From a virus (lineage: Duplodnaviria; Heunggongvirae; Uroviricota; Caudoviricetes): a stretch of DNA of 33,279 nt. A model generated the notes under the pieces. The model was not told the DNA's origin, did no database searches, and worked only from the letters and a program-made list of their open reading frames with translations. Below are positions 19,001 through 26,485 of this stretch, in pieces (within the stretch, counting starts at the first letter, position 1; every line of letters begins with the position of its first letter). The DNA lies in the IMG/VR virus record IMGVR_UViG_2718217785_000004; one strand, written 5' to 3'. The position numbers and the translations under genes were made by a program.

Positions 19001-19058
19001 AGTTTTTCCTGAAATTAAGGGTTAATCGTGAAGGTTTTCCCGGACTGACTGACGCCGG

Positions 19059-19913
19059 TTAGCAGTTCGTCATCAGGGCGTCACCGCCACCGCCGGTGGC
19101 TTTACTGCGGCGCTGCTGGGTCAGACTTTCGGTGTGGTCGAGACTGTTTTTCAGGCGGGTGAATGCCTGACTGGTTTCATCCGCCCTGTCAGTCACATCC
19201 TGCTTAAGTGCGGAAAAGGCGGTTTCCATCTCAGCAAGGCGCTGCTCAGTGGCGCTCAGTTTTTCCTGCACATGCTCAGCGACAGCGGTCACCGCTTCAT
19301 GCACGTCATTCAGACGGGCGTCATCGCTGGCCTGTTTACGGCCAAAAATGGATTTCACCTTTTCGGTCAGGGCGGTGAACACGGTTTCAGGCAGGTCTTC
19401 AAATTCCAGCTCAACAGGCGTTGCCACTGAAATCAGGTTTTCAGGGCTTAATTTGAAGCGGTTCAGAGGGTTGTGTTTTGCCGTGCGGCAGAATTCCAGG
19501 TATTCCGTGCCGAGGCTTGCCGGGTCATCGGTGACGGCCAGACCCACCAGATAACATTTGCCGGTATTGGCAAAGTTCGGCTGAATTTCCATTGAGGTAT
19601 AGACCTTCTGCGCGGCCTTGTTCATCGCGATAAGGTCATCGGTCGGGGTGATTTTCGCAAACAGCGCCCATTTGCCTTTCAGCGCCGAATCATCGTCAAT
19701 CTTTTCGGCCTTCAGTTCGACCACATCGCCATAACGCTTAAAAATACCGTCAGGCAGGATGCCGCGCAGATGTTCCAGGTTAATGCGGCAACCATAGACA
19801 CGCGGGTCAAAGGTTTCGGCCATTTCCTGAATATCCTGCGCACTGATGACACGCCCGTCACAGGTGTCACCCTCAACGCCGATACGAAAGAATTTTGAGA
19901 CTTTTTTTGCCAT
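19059..19913 (-). CDS. O: Capsid scaffold protein O
   Basis: ORF 19059..19979; probable start at MAKKVSKFFRIGVEG (19913). Confidence 0.8.
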   Translation of the reverse strand: MAKKVSKFFRIGVEGDTCDGRVISAQDIQEMAETFDPRVYGCRINLEHLRGILPDGIFKRYGDVVELKAEKIDDDSALKGKWALFAKITPTDDLIAMNKAAQKVYTSMEIQPNFANTGKCYLVGLAVTDDPASLGTEYLEFCRTAKHNPLNRFKLSPENLISVATPVELEFEDLPETVFTALTEKVKSIFGRKQASDDARLNDVHEAVTAVAEHVQEKLSATEQRLAEMETAFSALKQDVTDRADETSQAFTRLKNSLDHTESLTQQRRSKATGGGGDALMTNC

Positions 19914-20086
19914 TGTCAGGAGTCCTGAATAGTGATTAGAGGAGTCACATGTCGGCATCAGTTTCCCGACGATGCGCATCCTCCGCCATCAGTCCCGGAT
20001 GGCTTATCACTGATACAACAGCACCTTAGCGAATCGCGGGGCGCGACTCAGTAGCCTTGCCGTGTATTCATCACGGCGAGGTATTC

Positions 20087-21859
20087 ATGACCATCACCAC
20101 AGACACCACTCTTTTACACGACCCGCGTCGTCAGGCGGCGCTGCTGTACTGGCAGGGGTTTTCCGTGCCGCAGATTGCCGCCATGTTGCAGATGAAACGC
20201 CCGACGGTGCAGAGCTGGAAACAGCGCGACGGCTGGGACAGCGTTGCCCCCATCAGCCGTGTCGAAATGAGTCTGGAAGCGCGGCTGACCCAGCTCATCA
20301 TCAAACCGCAGAAAACCGGCGGGGACTTCAAGGAAATTGACCTGCTGGGACGCCAGATTGAACGACTGGCACGGGTCAACCGTTACAGCCAGACCGGCAA
20401 CGAGGCAGACCTTAATCCGAACATCGCTAACCGCAACAAAGGCGGGCGTCGCAAACCGAAAAAGAATTTTTTCAGTGACGAGGCCATCGAAAAGCTGGAG
20501 CAGATTTTCTTTGAGCAGTCTTTCGAATATCAGTTGCACTGGTATCGCGCCGGGCTTGAGCACCGCATCCGCGATATCCTGAAATCCCGCCAGATTGGCG
20601 CGACGTTTTATTTTTCCCGCGAGGCGCTGCTGCGCGCCCTGAAAACCGGTCATAACCAGATTTTTCTGTCGGCCAGTAAAACGCAGGCGTATGTGTTCCG
20701 CGAATACATCATCGCCTTTGCCCGGCTGGTTGACGTTGACCTGACCGGTGACCCGATTGTCCTGGGCAATAACGGCGCAAAACTGATTTTTCTCGGCACC
20801 AACTCCAACACCGCGCAGAGCCATAACGGCGACCTGTACGTCGACGAGATTTTCTGGATCCCGAATTTTCAGGTACTGCGTAAGGTGGCATCAGGTATGG
20901 CCTCACAGAGTCACCTGCGCTCGACCTATTTCTCCACCCCGTCCACACTGGCGCACGACGCCTACCCGTTCTGGTCGGGTGAACTGTTCAACCGGGGACG
21001 CGCCAGCGCCGCCGAACGCGTGGAAATCGACGTCAGTCATAACGCCCTTGCCGGAGGTCTTCTCTGTGCGGACGGCCAGTGGCGGCAGATTGTCACCATT
21101 GAGGACGCCCTGAAAGGTGGCTGCACACTGTTCGACATTGAGCAGCTCAAACGTGAAAACAGCGCCGACGATTTTAAAAACCTGTTCATGTGTGAATTTG
21201 TTGACGACAAGGCGTCGGTGTTCCCGTTCGAGGAGCTGCAACGCTGCATGGTCGACACGCTGGAAGAATGGGAAGACTATGCGCCGTTTGCCGCCAATCC
21301 GTTCGGCTCACGCCCGGTATGGATTGGTTACGATCCGTCACACCGTGGCGACAGCGCCGGATGCGTGGTACTGGCACCGCCGGTGGTGGCCGGTGGCAAA
21401 TTCAGGATCCTTGAGCGTCACCAGTGGAAAGGCATGGACTTTGCCACTCAGGCTGAATCCATCCGCAAACTCACCGAAAAATACAACGTCGAATACATCG
21501 GTATTGATGCCACCGGCCTCGGTGTCGGCGTGTTCCAGCTCGTGCGCTCGTTCTATCCCGCCGCGCGCGACATCCGCTACACGCCGGAAATGAAAACCGC
21601 AATGGTGCTCAAGGCAAAAGACGTTATTCGCCGTGGCTGTCTGGAATATGACGTCAGCGCCACCGACATCACCAGCTCGTTTATGGCTATCCGCAAGACC
21701 ATGACCAGCAGCGGACGCAGCGCCACCTATGAGGCCAGCCGCAGCGAGGAAGCCAGCCACGCCGACCTCGCCTGGGCGACCATGCACGCCCTGTTAAATG
21801 AGCCACTCACCGCCGGTATCAGCACCCCGCTGACATCCACCATTCTGGAGTTTTACTGA
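20087..21859 (+). CDS. P: Terminase large (ATPase) subunit P
   Basis: ORF 20057..21859; probable start ATG 20087 (MTITTDTTLLHDPRRQ); divergent from O as in P2. Confidence 0.85.
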   Translation: MTITTDTTLLHDPRRQAALLYWQGFSVPQIAAMLQMKRPTVQSWKQRDGWDSVAPISRVEMSLEARLTQLIIKPQKTGGDFKEIDLLGRQIERLARVNRYSQTGNEADLNPNIANRNKGGRRKPKKNFFSDEAIEKLEQIFFEQSFEYQLHWYRAGLEHRIRDILKSRQIGATFYFSREALLRALKTGHNQIFLSASKTQAYVFREYIIAFARLVDVDLTGDPIVLGNNGAKLIFLGTNSNTAQSHNGDLYVDEIFWIPNFQVLRKVASGMASQSHLRSTYFSTPSTLAHDAYPFWSGELFNRGRASAAERVEIDVSHNALAGGLLCADGQWRQIVTIEDALKGGCTLFDIEQLKRENSADDFKNLFMCEFVDDKASVFPFEELQRCMVDTLEEWEDYAPFAANPFGSRPVWIGYDPSHRGDSAGCVVLAPPVVAGGKFRILERHQWKGMDFATQAESIRKLTEKYNVEYIGIDATGLGVGVFQLVRSFYPAARDIRYTPEMKTAMVLKAKDVIRRGCLEYDVSATDITSSFMAIRKTMTSSGRSATYEASRSEEASHADLAWATMHALLNEPLTAGISTPLTSTILEFY

Positions 21860-22893
21860 TGAGCAAGAAAAAAGGGAAAACACCGCAACCTGCGGCAAAA
21901 AAAATGACCGCCAGCGCCCCGAAAATGGAGGCATTCACCTTTGGTGAGCCGGTGCCGGTACTCGACCGCCGTGACATTCTGGATTACGTCGAATGCATCA
22001 GTAACGGCAGATGGTATGAGCCACCGGTCAGCTTTACCGGTCTGGCAAAAAGCCTGCGTGCTGCCGTGCATCACAGCTCACCGATTTACGTCAAACGTAA
22101 TATTCTGGCCTCGACATTTATCCCGCATCCGTGGCTTTCCCAGCAGGATTTCAGCCGCTTTGTGCTGGATTTTCTGGTTTTCGGTAATGCGTTTCTGGAA
22201 AAGCGTTACAGCACCACCGGTAAGGTCATCAGACTGGAAACCTCACCGGCAAAATATACCCGCCGTGGCGTGGAGGAGGATGTTTACTGGTGGGTGCCGT
22301 CCTTCAACGAGCCGACAGCCTTCGCGCCCGGCTCCGTGTTTCACCTGCTGGAGCCGGATATCAATCAGGAGCTGTACGGCCTGCCGGAATATCTCAGCGC
22401 CCTTAACTCTGCCTGGCTGAATGAGTCAGCCACGCTGTTCCGCCGCAAGTATTACGAAAACGGCGCGCATGCCGGATACATCATGTACGTCACCGATGCC
22501 GTGCAGGACCGCAACGATATCGAAACGCTTCGCGAAAACATGGTGAAGTCGAAAGGCCGCAACAACTTTAAAAACCTGTTTCTCTATGCGCCGCAGGGGA
22601 AAGCCGACGGCATAAAAATTATCCCGCTCAGTGAAGTGGCAACGAAAGACGATTTTTTTAATATCAAAAAAGCCAGCGCCGCTGACCTGCTGGACGCGCA
22701 CCGTATCCCCTTTCAGTTGATGGGCGGCAAGCCGGAGAACGTCGGGTCACTGGGAGATATTGAGAAAGTGGCAAAGGTCTTTGTCCGCAATGAGCTTATC
22801 CCGTTACAGGACAGAATTCGGGAAATAAACGGCTGGCTCGGTCAGGAGGTCATCCGCTTTAAAAACTACTCACTGGACACTGACAACGGTTGA
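21859..22893 (+). CDS. Q: Portal protein Q
   Basis: 344-aa ORF; start overlaps P stop (TGATG). Confidence 0.85.
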   Translation: MSKKKGKTPQPAAKKMTASAPKMEAFTFGEPVPVLDRRDILDYVECISNGRWYEPPVSFTGLAKSLRAAVHHSSPIYVKRNILASTFIPHPWLSQQDFSRFVLDFLVFGNAFLEKRYSTTGKVIRLETSPAKYTRRGVEEDVYWWVPSFNEPTAFAPGSVFHLLEPDINQELYGLPEYLSALNSAWLNESATLFRRKYYENGAHAGYIMYVTDAVQDRNDIETLRENMVKSKGRNNFKNLFLYAPQGKADGIKIIPLSEVATKDDFFNIKKASAADLLDAHRIPFQLMGGKPENVGSLGDIEKVAKVFVRNELIPLQDRIREINGWLGQEVIRFKNYSLDTDNG

Positions 22894-22898
22894 ACATC

Positions 22899-22920
22899 GC
22901 CGCCTGCTGGCGGCTTTTTT
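22899..22920 (+). terminator. Rho-independent terminator after Q (GCCGCC-TGCT-GGCGGC + T6)
   Basis: Seen in sequence directly after the Q stop codon. Confidence 0.7.
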
Positions 22921-23062
22921 ACACCCCGTCATCACGCCCTCACACGCTCACCACCGCAAAAAACACCCCGCAGACACACCAACGCCTCAACGGGCAGACT
23001 AAGCGCCGTCACGACGCGCTGAGACGCTGAAAAAATAAAATCAGCACCACCGCCAGCGCGCA

Positions 23063-23081
23063 GTGCTTTCCCCGCCTCGCC
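23063..23081. other. cos site: 19-nt P2-type cohesive-end sequence (reverse complement of GGCGAGGCGGGGAAAGCAC)
   Basis: Seen in sequence GTGCTTTCCCCGCCTCGCC; the match to the P2 cohesive end is from memory; located downstream of Q as in P2. Confidence 0.6.
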
Positions 23082-23324
23082 CGCCCGCTTCATGGGGCGG
23101 TTTTAATGCAGTTGCACAGCCATGTCAAAGCCATGTCAACACTAGCAGTATGTAAAAAGAGCAGATATAAGAAACAAATGCAGTTTCATGCAAAAAGCGA
23201 CACACATCATGTCATGAAACAAAGCCGCTAATGAACACTTGCTTTGGTTATCTTAAGGTTTTATCTTCAGCCTAACCTATTGATTGCATGAAACTAAAAT
23301 GAACTCTCAGCAAGGAACGACTAT

Positions 23325-25283
23325 ATGTCAGATTTCGAAATTAAAATTGATTTGAATGTGCTAAATCACCTAGGGATGAGTCTCTATTCCAATACTCCCG
23401 CGGTACTAACTGAGATTATATCAAATGCATGGGATGCAGATGCTCAAAATGTAGAAATTACACTTGATGTTGAGAAAGGAGAGGTCATCATTAAAGATGA
23501 TGGTCATGGCATGTCTAAAGATGACATTATTAATAAGTTCCTAAAAGTCGGTTATGCTCGCAGGGAACATGGAAGAGCCAAAAGCGATCATCTAAAACGT
23601 CAAGTTATGGGCAGAAAAGGTATTGGTAAGCTTGCCATGTTTTCACTTGCCAATAAAATCCAAGTTTATTCGTACAAAAAGGGGGAACAGCCTCAGGCCT
23701 TTGAGGTAGATGTCAAAGATTTACAGCAAAGTATCAAAGAATCAAAAAACTATATTGCTGACTCCCTTGAAATACCCGAAAATCTTGCTTACGGCACTAC
23801 AATTAAATTATTTGAACTAAAAAAAGCCATTGATAGGACTCAAACTTACCTCAGAAAGCGAATAGCTCGTCGATTTAGCATTATTGGCCCCAACCATAAC
23901 TTTACAGTTAAAATTAATGGGACCGATATTACACCGGCAGATAGAGATTTCCTTTCAGATCTCGAGTTCATTTGGGAATTTGGCGAATCCGACCCTGAAA
24001 GGATAAAATCCTGCACAAACATCACACAAAAAAACATATTACCAAATACTATTACCTTTGAAGGAAAAGATGTAAAAGTTAGTGGGTACATTGGCAGTGT
24101 AGTTAAGCCATCACAGTTAAAGAAAGACCCTGAAATATCTAACAACAGCATTACTGTAATCTCTCACGGACGTGTTTTTGAGGAGGACATATTATTAGAA
24201 TTTGGAAGTGCTAAAGTATTCACCAATTATCTGGTCGGTGAAATAGTCGCCGATTTTCTAGATGATAACGAAAAGCCTGATATGGCAACATCTTCTCGTC
24301 AAAAACTACAACAGAATGATCCAAGATACCCTGTACTTAAAGGTTTTCTGGAAAGAACGCTACAACTAATCGATAAAGATTGGGATAAATGGAGACGCGA
24401 AAAAGGAGTAAATGAAGTTAAAAGTAATACTCCAATAGTAAGTGAATGGCTGAATTCTCTCAAAAAACATGAGAGAGAAAGTGCCGAAAAGTTAATTGGA
24501 CGAGTAAACACATTCCGTTTTTCTGGTAATGAGGAAGAACAAAAAGCAGCAAGAAAAACCGTATTAAAAAATACGGTATTAGCCTTTGAAAGACTTAGAA
24601 TTCAAGACAACCTTGATGCATTAGATAAAATAAGCAACCTTCAATCAGAAAATTTTAAAGATGTATTTGCATCTGTCAATGACATTGAAGCAAGCATGTT
24701 TTATGAAATTACTTCGCAACGCCTTAAAGTAATTGAAAAATTCCAAAAAATAACTGATGAAAATCAGCTTGAAAGAGCTGTACAAATGTATTTATATGAT
24801 CATTTATGGTTATTGGATCCTTCATGGGAAAGAGTCACAGGCACATCTGTTATGGAGCAAACATTGACCAAGGAACTAAAACAGATAAACCCTGATGCTG
24901 CTAGCGGTGCTCGTATTGATATCGCTTTCAAAACCGTTTCTGGCAAGCATGTAATTATTGAGATGAAACGACCTAAAGTGCACCCAGATATAATGAACCT
25001 AGTCGCACAAGGTAATAAATATGTACAGGCAACGACACAATGGTTCTCCAATAACCCTAAAAATTGCCCAGGTGGAAATATACCGCATATAGAAGTAATA
25101 TTCCTGGTTGGCTCTGGATATTTACAAGAGAACCAACACTTTATAAATATGCAATTACTTTCTATCAATGGAAAAATATTGACATATAATGACCTAATCG
25201 TGCAATCAAAACAAGCCTATGCTGAATATCAAGACAAAAAGAATGATGCAGCTAGAATTATGAAAATAGTTGAGGGAATCTAA
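23325..25283 (+). CDS. GHKL-type (Hsp90/MORC-like) ATPase fused to a C-terminal PD-(D/E)xK-like putative nuclease; candidate defence/restriction effector
   Basis: N-box EIISNAWDADAQ (res ~31-41), G1 box DDGHGMS (58-64), G2 box GRKGIGKLAMFS (96-107); C-terminus has D...E-x-K pattern (RIDIAF ... VIIEMKRP; D532, E546, K548). AAGGAA Shine-Dalgarno 8 nt upstream of ATG; low GC relative to phage backbone. Confidence 0.65.
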   Translation: MSDFEIKIDLNVLNHLGMSLYSNTPAVLTEIISNAWDADAQNVEITLDVEKGEVIIKDDGHGMSKDDIINKFLKVGYARREHGRAKSDHLKRQVMGRKGIGKLAMFSLANKIQVYSYKKGEQPQAFEVDVKDLQQSIKESKNYIADSLEIPENLAYGTTIKLFELKKAIDRTQTYLRKRIARRFSIIGPNHNFTVKINGTDITPADRDFLSDLEFIWEFGESDPERIKSCTNITQKNILPNTITFEGKDVKVSGYIGSVVKPSQLKKDPEISNNSITVISHGRVFEEDILLEFGSAKVFTNYLVGEIVADFLDDNEKPDMATSSRQKLQQNDPRYPVLKGFLERTLQLIDKDWDKWRREKGVNEVKSNTPIVSEWLNSLKKHERESAEKLIGRVNTFRFSGNEEEQKAARKTVLKNTVLAFERLRIQDNLDALDKISNLQSENFKDVFASVNDIEASMFYEITSQRLKVIEKFQKITDENQLERAVQMYLYDHLWLLDPSWERVTGTSVMEQTLTKELKQINPDAASGARIDIAFKTVSGKHVIIEMKRPKVHPDIMNLVAQGNKYVQATTQWFSNNPKNCPGGNIPHIEVIFLVGSGYLQENQHFINMQLLSINGKILTYNDLIVQSKQAYAEYQDKKNDAARIMKIVEGI

Positions 25284-25288
25284 TTATA

Positions 25289-25312
25289 CCCCCCTGTTTT
25301 TTGACAGGGGGG
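25289..25312. terminator. GC-rich hairpin between convergent stops (CCCCCCTG-TTTTTTGA-CAGGGGGG), putative bidirectional terminator
   Basis: Seen in sequence between stop of the GHKL gene (25283) and stop of the methyltransferase (25325); no clear flanking U-tract. Confidence 0.45.
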
Positions 25313-25324
25313 ATGACATAAGTT

Positions 25325-26374
25325 TTAAATATTCATTTCTGACAAATGTTTTAAAATAGTTTCACCTACGACCTCACCAAGCCTAACAGGAACAGCATTA
25401 CCTATTAAACGCGCAACTGTTCTCATTTCAATTTTTACATCATCAGGCCAAAACTCATACTTTTCTGGGAATGACTGTAATAGCGCAGCCTCTCTTAAAC
25501 TTAATGCTCTATTTTGGACAGGGTGCCCAAAGCGTCCATTCCCATATCCAATACATTGAGTTGTAATTGTCGGTCCAAGTTTATCCCAACACATTCTCCC
25601 ATATACAGCAGTATATGTAGAACCACTTTCTTTTGTATGACATTTTGCTCTTAGCTCTTCTGGCCAATCACGCCATGTTCCACCAGGTTTTGATGCCATT
25701 ATTCTTTTTATATTAATATCAGATAATGATGCAGAGCGATGTAGTTTATCTCCAGCGTGAACAGCACCGGCACTAATTTCAGGAAGATTACCGATTATAT
25801 CTCGCACCGTTTTATAATCATTCTTCTCATGAGTTGGTGGAATTATTTCTATTTCTCCATATTTTGATGCCAATAACACTAATCTTGAACGACTTTGTGC
25901 CATTCCATAGTCTGGACAAAACACCACCCCATACCAAACAAAATAGCCATCATTTTTAAGAGACTTAATGAAGTCCTTAAAAACCTTATGATTCACCACT
26001 CGGGGAACGTTTTCCATTGTAATAATATCTGGCTTTGCAAATTTAATTTGCTTAGCAAAGCTATAAAGCAAAGACCATCTTTTATCTTTTGAACGTACTA
26101 CCCCTAATTTAGCACTATTGGTATAGCTTGAAAAAGGTTGGCATGGGGCACAACCAGCCAAAACTCGAACCTTCGCTCCTTCGAAATATTTAACTAATTC
26201 GCCGTCCTCAATGTCTGTAACACTTTTCTGGACAAAGAGTGATTTATTATTTGTCTCATAGGCAAATCGACAGGCTGCATCTATATCATAACCTGCAACT
26301 ACATTAAGCCCCGACTTCTGAAGACCGTGAGTCAAGCCACCCGCGCCACAGAATAAATCAACAACCTTAATCAA
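25325..26374 (-). CDS. DNA (cytosine-5)-methyltransferase
   Basis: Motif I DLFCGAGG, motif IV PCQPFS (catalytic Cys), ENV, QSRSR, GNAV motifs; ORF track starts at a TTG at 26476, but AGAAGGAGG Shine-Dalgarno 6 nt before a TTG at 26372..26374 (MIKVVDLFCGAGG) suggests the shorter start. Confidence 0.85.
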   Translation of the reverse strand: MIKVVDLFCGAGGLTHGLQKSGLNVVAGYDIDAACRFAYETNNKSLFVQKSVTDIEDGELVKYFEGAKVRVLAGCAPCQPFSSYTNSAKLGVVRSKDKRWSLLYSFAKQIKFAKPDIITMENVPRVVNHKVFKDFIKSLKNDGYFVWYGVVFCPDYGMAQSRSRLVLLASKYGEIEIIPPTHEKNDYKTVRDIIGNLPEISAGAVHAGDKLHRSASLSDINIKRIMASKPGGTWRDWPEELRAKCHTKESGSTYTAVYGRMCWDKLGPTITTQCIGYGNGRFGHPVQNRALSLREAALLQSFPEKYEFWPDDVKIEMRTVARLIGNAVPVRLGEVVGETILKHLSEMNI

Positions 26375-26437
26375 GATAAACCTCCTTCTAATGCTGTGGG
26401 GATTGTAGCATTGTTCTTTCTCATCATCGATGTTTAC

Positions 26438-26476
26438 TTGATGCTTGATTTGTGAATACAAAATCAAGCATGTCAA
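26438..26476 (-). promoter_or_regulatory. Palindrome GCTTGATTT-N9-AAATCAAGC overlapping a TTGACA -35-like hexamer upstream of the methyltransferase; candidate promoter/operator
   Basis: Seen in sequence in the AT-rich 110-bp gap between A stop and the MTase start; -10 element is weak (ACAAAT). Confidence 0.3.
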
Positions 26477-26485
26477 TCATTATTG

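Noticed and set aside
19914-20086. Attempt to locate Ogr-binding TGT-N12-ACA dyads in the divergent O/P late promoter region and upstream of FI
   Set aside because: No exact TGT-N12-ACA match could be placed by eye; late promoters are presumed here by synteny but not annotated as discrete sites.
20062-21787. ORFs overlapping terminase gene P in other frames or on the minus strand (20114..20824, 20903..21241, 21117..21593, 21338..21787)
   Set aside because: Shadow ORFs of a strongly supported gene.
26375-26476. Upstream extension of the methyltransferase ORF to a TTG at 26476
   Set aside because: Motif I sits 7 residues after a TTG preceded by an AGAAGGAGG Shine-Dalgarno; the 34-codon extension lies in the AT-rich promoter-like gap and is probably untranslated.
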